The notes under the pieces: generated by a model
Databases searched by the model: none
The model's input: the letters and a program-made list of their open reading frames with translations, nothing else
Told to the model about the DNA's origin: nothing
Source: Acidobacteriota bacterium
GTDB taxonomy: Bacteria > Acidobacteriota > Thermoanaerobaculia > Gp7-AA8
Direction: 5' to 3'
Assembly: GCA_019244185.1 (NCBI GenBank)
Contig: JAFATB010000020.1
Location: 83,261 to 147,260, forward strand
DNA length: 64,000 bases
Program-made: the position numbers and the translations under genes
In this document: one piece after another, positions 50,775 through 61,100 of the stretch
Position numbering within the stretch: the first letter of the stretch is position 1
Layout: each line of letters starts with the position of its first letter

Positions 50775-53363
50775 ATGCTGCCTGCATCGACACAGCTGGG
50801 ACCCTACAAGATCGTCGCGCCGATCGGCGCCGGCGGCATGGGCGAGGTGTATCGCGCGCTCGACACGCGGCTCGGGCGCGAGGTGGCGATCAAGGTGCTG
50901 TCGCAGAGCCTCTCGCGCGATGCCGAGGCGCTGCGGCGGTTCGAGCAGGAAGCGCGCGCGGTCGGGATGCTCAACCATCCGAACATCGTCGCGATCTACG
51001 ACATCGGCAGCGAGGGTGAGCTCAAGTACATCGTCTCGGAGCTGCTCGAAGGCGAGTCGCTGCGCGCGCGGCTGCGCGTCGGTCCGGTGTCGGCGCGCAA
51101 GGCCACGGATTACGCGGTGCAGATCGCGCGCGGACTCGCCGCGGCGCACGAGAAAGGGATCGTGCATCGCGATCTCAAGCCGGAGAACATCTTCATCACG
51201 CGCGACGGCCAGGTGAAGATCCTCGACTTCGGCCTCGTGAAGCTCGTGCACGGCCGCGCGTTCGGCGCGAGCGCAGAGAACGTCGACGAGCACGCGCCGA
51301 CGCTCCCCGTGACGCCGACGGAGCCCGGCCGCATCCTCGGCACGGTCGGCTACATGGCGCCCGAGCAGGTGCGCGGCTCGTCCGGCGATCACCGCTCCGA
51401 CATCTTCTCGTTCGGCGCGATCCTCTACGAGATGGTCGCCGGCGTGCCCGCGTTCCGCGCGGAGTCGCCGGTCGAAACGCTCAACGCGATCCTCAAAGAA
51501 GAGCCGCGCGATCTGCTCGAGCTCGGACTGCGCGTGCCGCCCGCGCTCGATCGCGTCGTGCATCACTGTCTCGAGAAGAATCCCGACGAACGCTTCCAGT
51601 CCGCGCGCGATCTCGCGTTCGGCCTCGGATCGATGTCGGGACTGACCAGCCAGGCCATCTCGTATCGCACGTTCTACGCGTGGCGTCCGCGCGCGCTCGT
51701 GCGTCCGGCGCTCATCACGCTCGCCGTCGCCGCCGTGCTCGCGCTCGCGTACGCGCTCGGCACGCGCAACGGCACGAAGCCGCCCGCGCAGTTCCGCCGC
51801 ATCACGTTCCGCAGCGGCACGATTCTCTCCGCGCGGTTCGCGCCCGACGGACAGACGGTGCTCTACGGCGCGCGCTGGGCGGGCCGGCCGATCGGCATCT
51901 ACAGCGTGCGTTCCGACGCGCCGGAGTCGCGCGACCTCGGCTACGGCGTCGCGGACATTCTCGCGGTCTCGTCGACAGGCCAGCTGGCGATCTCGCTCGA
52001 CCGCCATCCGATCGGCTACCTCCGCGACAGCGGCACGCTCGCGCAGGTGCCGATCGGCGGCGGCACGCCGCGCGCGATGCTCGAAGACGTCGAGGCCGCG
52101 GACTGGAGTCCGGACGGCAAGTCGCTCGCGATCGTGCGCAGCGTCGACGGAAAGTCGCGGCTCGAGTTCCCGATCGGAACGGTGCTCTACGAGAGCGCCG
52201 GCTGGATCAGCAATCCGCGCTTCTCCCCTGCCGGCGACGCCATCGCATTCCTCGATCATCCCTTCATCAACGACGACCGCGGCACGGTGAGCCTCGTGCC
52301 GCTCGGCGACCGCACGCATCGCGCCGTGACGAAGGAGTACGCGAGCGTGCAGGGGCTGGCGTGGTCGCACGACGAGCTGTGGTACGCGGCGGACGAGCGC
52401 GGCTCGTCGCACGCGCGGTCCGTCCTCGCGAGCACGCGCGGCGGCAGGACGCGCGTCGTCGCGACGAGCGCGGGCTGGCTGTGGCTGCACGACGTGTCGA
52501 AGGACGGACGCGCGCTCGTCTCGCAGCAGAACGTGCGCGCCGGCATTCTCGCGTCGGTCCCGGGTGAAACGCAGGAACGCGATCTCTCGTGGCTCGACTT
52601 CTCCGTCGTCCGCGATCTCTCGAACGACGGCCGGACGATCCTCTTTTCGGAATCGGGCGAAGCCGGCGGCGAGGTGTTCGGCATTTACCTGCGCAACATC
52701 GACGGCGCGCCGCCCGTGCGTCTCGGCGACGGCACCGCGGAGTCGCTGTCACCCGACGGGCGGTTCGTCTTGTCGATCACGCGCGACAAGAAGCCGGCGC
52801 AGATCGTGATGCTGCCGACCGGCACCGGGCAGCCGTCGCAGCTCACGCACGACGCGATCAATCATCGCAACGGGCGCTGGTTTCCAGACGGCACGCACAT
52901 CCTCTTTTCGGGCGACGCACCCGGACAGCCGCCGCGGCTCTGGATGCAGGCCACCGACGGCAGCGCGCCCCGCGCGATCGCGCCGCCGGGCACGATCGGC
53001 TCGCTGATCACGCCGGACAGCACGCGCGTCCTCGGCCGCACCACGAGCCGGACGTTCTTCCTCTATCCGATCGACGGCAGCGCGCCGGTGCCCGTGCCCG
53101 CGCTGCGCGGCGGCGACGTGCCGATCCGCTTCACGAGCGATGGCCGCTTCGTCTTCGTGTCGACGTTCGGCAAGATTCCGGCGGCGCTCACGCGCGTCGA
53201 TCTCATCAGCGGCGAGCGCACGCCGTGGCGCACGGTCATGCCCGCCGATCCGTCGGGGCTCATCAATGTCGGCCCCGCGTGGCCGAGCGCGGACGGCCGG
53301 ACGATCGTCTACAGCTACACGCGCTTGTTGTCCGATCTGTATCTCGTCGACGGGGCCGAATGA
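50775..53363 (+). CDS. Ser/Thr protein kinase with C-terminal TolB/PD40-like beta-propellers
   Basis: GAGGMGEVY, HRDLKPEN, DFG, YMAPEQ; hydrophobic helix; WSPDG repeats. Confidence 0.95.
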   Translation: MLPASTQLGPYKIVAPIGAGGMGEVYRALDTRLGREVAIKVLSQSLSRDAEALRRFEQEARAVGMLNHPNIVAIYDIGSEGELKYIVSELLEGESLRARLRVGPVSARKATDYAVQIARGLAAAHEKGIVHRDLKPENIFITRDGQVKILDFGLVKLVHGRAFGASAENVDEHAPTLPVTPTEPGRILGTVGYMAPEQVRGSSGDHRSDIFSFGAILYEMVAGVPAFRAESPVETLNAILKEEPRDLLELGLRVPPALDRVVHHCLEKNPDERFQSARDLAFGLGSMSGLTSQAISYRTFYAWRPRALVRPALITLAVAAVLALAYALGTRNGTKPPAQFRRITFRSGTILSARFAPDGQTVLYGARWAGRPIGIYSVRSDAPESRDLGYGVADILAVSSTGQLAISLDRHPIGYLRDSGTLAQVPIGGGTPRAMLEDVEAADWSPDGKSLAIVRSVDGKSRLEFPIGTVLYESAGWISNPRFSPAGDAIAFLDHPFINDDRGTVSLVPLGDRTHRAVTKEYASVQGLAWSHDELWYAADERGSSHARSVLASTRGGRTRVVATSAGWLWLHDVSKDGRALVSQQNVRAGILASVPGETQERDLSWLDFSVVRDLSNDGRTILFSESGEAGGEVFGIYLRNIDGAPPVRLGDGTAESLSPDGRFVLSITRDKKPAQIVMLPTGTGQPSQLTHDAINHRNGRWFPDGTHILFSGDAPGQPPRLWMQATDGSAPRAIAPPGTIGSLITPDSTRVLGRTTSRTFFLYPIDGSAPVPVPALRGGDVPIRFTSDGRFVFVSTFGKIPAALTRVDLISGERTPWRTVMPADPSGLINVGPAWPSADGRTIVYSYTRLLSDLYLVDGAE

Positions 53364-53395
53364 GTAACGCTTTTGCATTAGTGACGTCGTAAGGA

Positions 53396-53809
53396 ATGAC
53401 GATGAAAGCAGCCACAACCACACTCTTCGTCCTTCTCCTCGCCGCCTTCAGCGCACAGGCGCAGACGGACACGGAGACCGACCGCCCCGACTATTCGCGC
53501 GACAACCTCCAGCGCGTTCTCTCCGTGCAGACGGAAGAGCCGCAGACCGGCCGCGACGTGCAGTACGACATCGGCGCGGTCTCGTTCCGCGCCCTCGGCA
53601 CGCGCTGGCGCTTCAACTATCTCCCGATCATGATGCCGCTCGTCGGCACCCGTCAGACGGCGACCTGGGAATGGCCCGACGCGTTCTCCCTGACGAACAC
53701 CCCCATCGCCATGCCCGCCCGCGCCTGGCGCGCGAGCCGGCAGCTGAGCGCGGAGCGGAAGCGCATCGAGCGGATGACCAAGGCCACGGTGAGGGTGAAG
53801 ACGGAGTAG
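53396..53809 (+). CDS. Hypothetical secreted protein
   Basis: Signal peptide ending AQA; AAGGA RBS. Confidence 0.65.
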   Translation: MTMKAATTTLFVLLLAAFSAQAQTDTETDRPDYSRDNLQRVLSVQTEEPQTGRDVQYDIGAVSFRALGTRWRFNYLPIMMPLVGTRQTATWEWPDAFSLTNTPIAMPARAWRASRQLSAERKRIERMTKATVRVKTE

Positions 53810-53829
53810 GCGGCGGCGCGGCGCTTCGG

Positions 53830-54198
53830 TCAGCGAAGAACGCACGACGCGGCGAGCGCCGGCGCGGGTTGCGCATCGTCGCGCCGATCGTTGGCGGCCA
53901 TCGGATCGTCGCAGATCGGCGGACAGTCTTCATAAATGTCGTTCACGATGTCGATGCCGCACGAGGTGATGCCCCACGAAGAAAGCGAGTTGTCGCAGTC
54001 GCGAATCTCCTCGCCGATGACGTCGGGGAACGGAACCGTGGGGCCGGCCACGGTCGGGCAATACGCCACGCCGTTGTAGATCGATCCCATGTGCTGCCGG
54101 ATGTGACGCTGAACGCCGTACTCACAGGCGGCGCTGGCGGAAGGCGTGGCGGCAAGCATAAGCAACACGACGACGAGGGCCGCGAACACTGATTTCAT
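53830..54198 (-). CDS. Small secreted Cys-rich protein (DUF6289-like motif)
   Basis: Signal peptide ending ASA; VIGEEIRDC...SWGITSC...C; TAAGGAG RBS. Confidence 0.7.
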   Translation of the reverse strand: MKSVFAALVVVLLMLAATPSASAACEYGVQRHIRQHMGSIYNGVAYCPTVAGPTVPFPDVIGEEIRDCDNSLSSWGITSCGIDIVNDIYEDCPPICDDPMAANDRRDDAQPAPALAASCVLR

Positions 54199-54212
54199 CG
54201 GAGACTCCTTAC

Positions 54213-54245
54213 ATAAGGAGGGCCGTAGAGCCACGAATCCCTACC
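54213..54245 (-). promoter_or_regulatory. Copy 3 of motif GGTAGGGATT-N15-CTCCTTAT
   Basis: Exact 10-mer plus CTCCTTAT upstream of the RBS of 54198. Confidence 0.55.
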
Positions 54246-54264
54246 CGCCGCCGGTGCCTTGCCC

Positions 54265-56064
54265 TCAGCGCGCCAGTCCCCAGCTCGTATCGACGAGCCA
54301 CTGCATCAGCGCGGCCGCGTTCATCGGGCGCGCGATCCAGAAGCCTTGCGCCAGGTCGCAGCCGAGGCTCACGAGAGCGCGCCAGGTGGCCTCGTCTTCG
54401 ACGCCTTCGGCGCAGACCTGTTTGCCGAGGTTGTGGGCGAGGTCGATGACGGTGCGCACGATCGCGGCGTCGGCGTCGTTGCTCAGCATCCCCATCACGA
54501 ACGACTTGTCGATCTTGATCTCGTCGATCGGCAGTTGGCGCAGGTGCGTGAGCGACGAGTATCCGGTGCCGAAGTCGTCGACGCTGAGGCGCACGCCCAT
54601 CGACTGCAGCAGCGAGAGGATCGCCAGCGCGTGCGCGGGGTCGGCCATGATGCTGCTCTCGGTGATCTCGATCTTGAGGAAGCGCGGATCGACGTCCCAC
54701 CGTTCGAGCGCGTTCTGCACTTTCTCCGGCAGCGACTGGTCGAGCAGACTGTTCGCGGAAATGTTCACGGCCACGTGAATCGGCGCGCCCGCGTCCTGCC
54801 AGAGACGGCACTGGCGCATCGCGGCGTCGAGGAGCCAGTCGCTGATCGGGCGGATGAGCCCCGTGCGCTCGGCGAGCGGGATGAACGCGTTCGGCGGGAG
54901 GTAGCCGCGTTGCGGATGGTTCCAGCGGATGAGCACTTCCGCGCGCGTGACGAGGCCGCTGCGCAGATGGAGCTTCGGCTGGTAATGCAGCTCGAGCTCG
55001 TTGCGGTCCGCGGCGCCGCGCAGCTCGACGACGAGCGCGAGCTGATCGGGCGAACGCGACTCCGCGTCCTCCTGGTGAAAGCTGTAGCCGCTCTGCTTCT
55101 GCTTCGCCGCGTACATCGCCACGTCGGCGCGGCGCAGCAGCGTGCGCGCGTCGGTACCGTGCGTCGGATAGAGCGCGATGCCGATGCTGCCGCCGACTTC
55201 GAGGACCTGCCCTTCGACGACGAACGGCTGTTCGAGCGTGTTGAGGATGCGTCGCGCGGCGACCGCCGCCGAGCCTCCGTCGACGGCGCGCGGAAGGATC
55301 ATCGCGAACTCGTCGCCGCCGAGACGCGCGACGACGTCGCCGCCGCGCATCTGGTTCTCGAGACGGAACGCCACCTGCTTGAGCAGCGCGTCGCCGAAGT
55401 GATGGCCGAACGTGTCGTTGACTTCCTTGAAGCGATCGAGGTCCATCAACATGAGCGCGAGCACGGAGCGTTGTTCGCGCGCGGCGCCGATCGCTTTCTC
55501 GAGCGCTTCGAAGAGCAGCGCGCGGTTCGGCAGTCCGGTGAGCGCGTCGTGCGTGGCCTGATGGCGCAGCGTCGTGACCTGCGTCTTCGTGGCCGTGACG
55601 TCGCGAAGGAACGCGACCCAGTGCGTGAGCTGCCCCCCGTCGCGCACGGGCACGAGCTGCATGTCGAGCTCGAACTCGCTGCCGTTCGCGCGCTGCGCGG
55701 TCGCCTCGGCCTCGAATTCGCGGTGCTCGAAGACGTGCTGCAGCAGCGCGTCGAAGATGGACTGATGCCGTTCGACGATGCCGAAGATGAGCGGCGTCTG
55801 TCCGATGACGTCCTCGCGCCGGCGGCCGTAGAGCGCGCAGAAGCCGTCGTTCACGAACGCGATGCGCGGTCCGACCGCTTCGACCGCGGGCGTGAGAATG
55901 GCGATGGCCTGGTCAGTGACGGTGACGGCGGTGCCGAGGAGGCGCAGCTGTTCGCTCTGCATCCGCTGCTCGGTCAGCTTGCGTTGCAAACCGTCCGGCG
56001 TTTCGAGATGCGTCGTCCACGTCGTGCGCAACGACGTGACGTCGGGAGCCTCCTGTTCGGACAT
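54265..56064 (-). CDS. PAS-GGDEF-EAL c-di-GMP metabolism protein
   Basis: PAS; RGGD I-site and GGDEF; EVL..RW, DDFGTGYSS, EGVE. Confidence 0.95.
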   Translation of the reverse strand: MSEQEAPDVTSLRTTWTTHLETPDGLQRKLTEQRMQSEQLRLLGTAVTVTDQAIAILTPAVEAVGPRIAFVNDGFCALYGRRREDVIGQTPLIFGIVERHQSIFDALLQHVFEHREFEAEATAQRANGSEFELDMQLVPVRDGGQLTHWVAFLRDVTATKTQVTTLRHQATHDALTGLPNRALLFEALEKAIGAAREQRSVLALMLMDLDRFKEVNDTFGHHFGDALLKQVAFRLENQMRGGDVVARLGGDEFAMILPRAVDGGSAAVAARRILNTLEQPFVVEGQVLEVGGSIGIALYPTHGTDARTLLRRADVAMYAAKQKQSGYSFHQEDAESRSPDQLALVVELRGAADRNELELHYQPKLHLRSGLVTRAEVLIRWNHPQRGYLPPNAFIPLAERTGLIRPISDWLLDAAMRQCRLWQDAGAPIHVAVNISANSLLDQSLPEKVQNALERWDVDPRFLKIEITESSIMADPAHALAILSLLQSMGVRLSVDDFGTGYSSLTHLRQLPIDEIKIDKSFVMGMLSNDADAAIVRTVIDLAHNLGKQVCAEGVEDEATWRALVSLGCDLAQGFWIARPMNAAALMQWLVDTSWGLAR

Positions 56065-56086
56065 TTGGACTCCCGATGATAGCGCG

Positions 56087-57208
56087 TTACTTCGACTTCA
56101 GCTCGACGTTGCCGCGCGTGCGCTGCAGTTCCTCACGACCCTTCGCGTCGCCGCCGAGATACGTGTCCCAGAACGCGAGCGACAGCGCGCGTACGGTGCC
56201 GAACGTGGCGCGCGCGCGCAACGCCATGTTCTGCGCACGTGAGGGACGGCGGTCCTCGATGATTGCGCCCGTGGCGGGATCGACGACGGTGTTGCGGCCG
56301 ATCTGCGCGTCCTGCTCGCGCGCCTGCATCTCGAGGAACTGATCGGAGCGGCCGGTGAAGGTCGCGTGCGTCGCGCCTTCGAGCACGGCGAGCCACTTGT
56401 CGCCCGCGGGCGAGAGCTCGAACGCCTGGCGGCGCCAGTCGGGCGTTTCCGCGTCGGTGACGCCGCGGTCCATCGTGCCGGTCATGAACAACGCGGGAAC
56501 ACGCAGCGTCGTGAACGATTCGTTCGTGAGGCCGCGCGTCTCGCTCGGCCCCTGCGGCGACATCGCCACGATCGCTTTCACGCGCGGATCGGCGTAGCTC
56601 GTGCCGCCCGGGAACGTGCGCGCGCCGCCGACGAGCATGGCCGTGTACGCGCCGTACGAATGCCCGCCGACGCCGATGCGCGCGTGATCGATCTTGCCGG
56701 CGAGCTCGGGGTAGCGCTGTTCGAGCGTGCCGAGGGAGTCGAGGATGAAGGTGATGTCGCGCACACGGTTGCGCCAGTCGGACGGCGTCTGGCTTTCCCA
56801 GATGTCGTTGAGCGAGCGCAGGTCCTGCACGCGTCCCGCATCGGCGTGCGACGCGCGGATGACGACGTAGCCGTTGCTCGCCCACCATGACGCGAGGCCG
56901 ATGTAGCCGCGGTTCGAGCCGCCGAAGCCGGGCGAGAAGACGATCAGAGGATGCGCGGTGCCGCGCGTCGGATAGTCGATCGAGATGGTGAGGTCTTTGT
57001 TGCGGTCGTTGTCGTGGAGCACCGCGTCGGGGATCGCGCCGACCGGCGACTCGCCGGCCGCGGCGGCGTAGCGCGACTTCGGAGATGCGTCGGACGACGA
57101 CGACATCTGCGAGCTGTAGTCGTTGTCGTCGTTCGCGTTGTCGGATGACGCGCACGCGCCGGCGATGAGGACGAGGCACAGCGGGATGATGAGACGACGA
57201 CGAATCAT
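56087..57208 (-). CDS. Alpha/beta hydrolase lipoprotein
   Basis: AGAC lipobox; GHSYG nucleophile elbow; D and H triad candidates. Confidence 0.85.
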   Translation of the reverse strand: MIRRRLIIPLCLVLIAGACASSDNANDDNDYSSQMSSSSDASPKSRYAAAAGESPVGAIPDAVLHDNDRNKDLTISIDYPTRGTAHPLIVFSPGFGGSNRGYIGLASWWASNGYVVIRASHADAGRVQDLRSLNDIWESQTPSDWRNRVRDITFILDSLGTLEQRYPELAGKIDHARIGVGGHSYGAYTAMLVGGARTFPGGTSYADPRVKAIVAMSPQGPSETRGLTNESFTTLRVPALFMTGTMDRGVTDAETPDWRRQAFELSPAGDKWLAVLEGATHATFTGRSDQFLEMQAREQDAQIGRNTVVDPATGAIIEDRRPSRAQNMALRARATFGTVRALSLAFWDTYLGGDAKGREELQRTRGNVELKSK

Positions 57209-58101
57209 GCTTCCTCCGCGGACGGCAACGCAGCAGGTCCCGCGCCATATTGCGCGACGAGCACGCTGACGAGCACGAGCAATCCGCCGGCGACGACGGC
57301 CGCGCTCACGCGCTCGCCGAGGAGCAACGCGGCGGCGACGAAGGTGACCAGCGGCTCGGCGTAGAGCAGCGACGCGACGCGCGAGACTTCGATCCGCTCG
57401 AGCGCGCCGTACCAGAAGAGATAGCCGAGGGCCGAGCAGCCGACGGCGAGAAAGAGCAGCGCGCCCCAGCCGGTCGCGCTGAGATGCGGGACGTCCGACC
57501 AGCCGCGGCGCGCGACGAAGAACGGCGCCAGCATCGCCGCACCGAAGAGCATCGCGCCCGAGGTCGCACGGCGCGGCCCGAGCGTGCGAATCGTTTTGTG
57601 TCCAACGACCGAGTAGATCGACCAGTTGATGGTGCTGATGAAGATCAGCAGATCGCCGAGCGTCGATGGACGCGCGAGAAACGCGGATGAAAAGTCGCCG
57701 CGCGTCACGACGAGCAGTGCGCCGGCGAAGCCGCCGAGGAGGCCGGCGATCTTCGCGAGGCCGAAGCGCTCGCGCAGCACGATCGCGGAGAGCACGGCCG
57801 ACCAGATCGGTGTCAGTCCGATCAGCCAGCCGGCGTTCGTCGCGGCGGTCATCGTGAGGCCGTACGCCTGCAGCATCTGATGGACGAAGATGCCGATGAA
57901 GCCCATCAGCGCGAGTTGCGGCCACGCGGCGCGCGGCGGAAGCTCGCGCACGATCGCCAGCAGCACGACCGCGCCGATGGCGAAGCGCAGGAAGATCAGC
58001 GTCACCGGCGCGATCTCGCGCAGCACTGCCTTCGTGGCGACGAACGAGACGCCCCAGAAGACGATCGCGATGCAGGCGAGAAATCGCGGCGAGCGCATCA
58101 C
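57205..58101 (-). CDS. DMT/EamA family transporter
   Basis: WGVSFV..K, LRF, two EamA halves. Confidence 0.92.
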   Translation of the reverse strand: MMRSPRFLACIAIVFWGVSFVATKAVLREIAPVTLIFLRFAIGAVVLLAIVRELPPRAAWPQLALMGFIGIFVHQMLQAYGLTMTAATNAGWLIGLTPIWSAVLSAIVLRERFGLAKIAGLLGGFAGALLVVTRGDFSSAFLARPSTLGDLLIFISTINWSIYSVVGHKTIRTLGPRRATSGAMLFGAAMLAPFFVARRGWSDVPHLSATGWGALLFLAVGCSALGYLFWYGALERIEVSRVASLLYAEPLVTFVAAALLLGERVSAAVVAGGLLVLVSVLVAQYGAGPAALPSAEEA

Positions 58102-58111
58102 GCCGAAGACT

Positions 58112-61100
58112 CTACACCGCCGTCACCGTGCCGCGCCGCTCCAGCTTGTTCCAACCCGTGCGCATCCCCTGCAGCGCGACCAGCACCGACTTCACGATGG
58201 CCGCGTACATGAGCTGCCGGTAGAAGAAGCGCTGCAGCACGAGCAGCGGTAGCTCGCGCAACGACTCCCCTTCCGCGCGCAATGCGAACGCCGAGACCGT
58301 GAGGTCGAGCAGCGTGAAGAGCGCGAAGAGACCGCCGAAGATCACGAGCGAACGCGCATCGACCGGCGTGCCGGTCGCCAGTTGCACGCCGATCCACAAG
58401 AGCTGCGCGTCGACGATCGGCGAGAGCAGCTGGAAGACGATCTGGAACAGCCACAGCGACGGCAGCATGGCCATGCCGAACCAGCCGTACCGCCCCAGCG
58501 CGTCGCGATGCTTCCACAGGCACTGCAGCGTGCCGTACGACCAGCGGAAGCGCTGCCGGAAGAGCGCCTTCACGCTCTCCGGCGCTTCGGTGAACGACAT
58601 CGCCTCGATGTCGCACGCGATGCGCCAGCCGTTGCGCCGCAGCCGCCACGTCAGGTCCATGTCTTCGGCCATCGTGTCGACCGTGTAGCCGCCCGCCTCC
58701 GCCACCGCATCGCGGCGCCACGCGCCGATCGCGCCCGGCACGACGGTGACGGCGTTGAGCGCCGCCCACGCGCGGCGATCGAGGTTCTGGCTCGTGGTGT
58801 ATTCGATGGATTGGATGAGCGTCGTGAGCTTGCGGCGGTTGCCGACCTTCACGTTGCCCGCGACGGCGCCGACCTCGTCGTCGTCGAAGTGGCGCAAGAG
58901 GTTCCCGATCGCGTCGGGATGCAGCACGGTGTCGGCGTCGATGGCCACGAAGACGTCGCCTACCGCCGACGCGATGCCGTGATTCAGCGCCGCGGCTTTG
59001 CCCTGATTCGGCTGGCGCAGCAGGCGGATCATCGGCGTCTTCTCCGCGAGCTGTTCGACGACGGCGGCGGTGTTGTCGGTCGAGCCGTCGTCGATGACGA
59101 TGATCTCGCGCACGGCGTGCCGCGCGCGGAGGATGCTCGCGATCGTTTTCGCGATCACGCGCTCCTCGTTGTACGCGGCGATGATGACGCTCACCGTGAG
59201 CGTGTTCGTCCCTTCCGGCGCGTCGTTCTGCCGCGCGCGCATTGCGATGAGCGCGAGAATGACGACGCGCGCGATGCCGAGGAAGATCGCGGCGAGGAAC
59301 GCGAAGGCGAGCAGGCGCTGGCCGGTCGACGTCGCGCCGAAGATCACGCGGTCGTCGCCGAGGAAGACGCGCTCGCGCACGGCGACGGGCGGCATCACCG
59401 CGGCGCGGCTGGTGTGCATCAGGTCCGAGACCGTCACGAAGCGGTAGCCCTCGCGCTGCAGTTCCGGGATGACGATGCGCATGGCGTCGACGGTCGCGGA
59501 ACGGTCGCCGCCGCCGTCGTGCAGGAGCACGCAGTTGCCGTGGCCGCTCTGGATGCCGCGCAGGATCGAGCGCGCGAGCTCGGCCGCGCGCGGCTTGGCC
59601 TGCCAGTCCTGCGGGTCGATGAACTCACCCACCGTGACGTAGCCGAGCTCCGCGGCGCGGATGACCGGCATCACTTCCTCGCGCGTGGTCGGCTCGGCGT
59701 CGGCGTTGTACGGCGGGCGGAAGAGCACCGTCGAGCGGCCGATGACGCTCTCGATCGCGCGCTGCGTCGCGTTGAGCTCCAGCATCGCGCGCCGCGGCGA
59801 GACGGTGCCGATGTTCGGATGCGTGTAGCTGTGATTGCCGATCTCGTGGCCTTCTTCCCAAATGCGCGCGAGGAGGTCGGGATAGTGCTCGACGTTCTCG
59901 CCGATGACGAAGAAGGTGGCGTGCACGTGGTACTGCCGCAGCACGTCGAGCATGTCGGACGTGTACGGATCCGACGGTCCGTCGTCGATCGTCAGCGCGA
60001 CCGCTTTCGGCACGTAGGAGCTGCGGCGGATGACGTACGCCGCGGGGAAGCTGGTGTACTGCTCGTCGAGACAGAGGCCGGTGGCGGGATCGATCTCGAG
60101 CTCGCGGTGACCGTCGACGGGCGTCGCGGCGACCTGCAGCACTTCGCCTTCGCCGAGAAAGTCGACGGCGTAGCGGAAGGAAATCGTGCGGAGGTGATCG
60201 GGATGCGGCGGCTGCGCGACACGCGCGTCGCCGAGGATCTGCCAGACGGAGGGGTCTTCGAGTCCGAGCGCCCAGAGCGCGACGCCGCGCACGTTGCGCG
60301 TCGAGACGAGACGCCATTCGTTCGCCGCGGTGACAGCGTCGAGCATCCACACCTCGTGCGAGACGCCCTGCTCGTCTTTGTAGTCGAAGGTGGCGTTGAG
60401 CGCGGCCGGATCGAAGTCGATCGCGCCGGGCGCGGCGGCGTCGCCGAACGCGTCGCGTGCGGCCATGAGCGCCTGCTGGTAGCTGAGCGGCGACGCTTCC
60501 TCGTGCTCCGGCCAGTCGTACGCGTAGTTGCCCATGCCGATCACGAGCTTGTCGGCCGGGACGTTCTTCGCCGCACGGTCGACCGTGTCGCGGAACCAGT
60601 CGAGCGCGGCGATCGGCCCCGGCGCGCCGCTGGCGGAATGCTGGTCGTAGCCCATGACCACGACGAAGTCGCATTGCGCCGCAATCTCTCTCCACACCTC
60701 GGGTTCGGTCGACGCCTGCACGTCCGCCGTCACCTGCAGTCCCGCCGGCGCGAGCACCTGATGCACGCGCGTGACGAACGGCACGAGCAGCGGCGCGTCT
60801 TCCGCGGAGAGGCTTTCGAAGTCGAGGTTGATGCCCTGCATGCGGTTGCGCAGGAGCCAGTCGCGCGTGGCGACGGCGACGCGCTGCTGCGCCGCGGGAT
60901 TCGCCAGCAGCCGGTGCGCGCGCTCCGGGTCGAACCACCCGCCCGCCGCGTTGCTGAGCACCGGCAGCACGCGCACGTTGTGCTCGCGCGCGATGCGCAG
61001 GACGTCGAGGTTGTGGAACGCGACGGTGGGATCCCAGTCGGTTTCATCGAGCGACGCGCCGTCCGCGCCGATGCGCAGCCACGCCGGCATCAGGTGCGTC

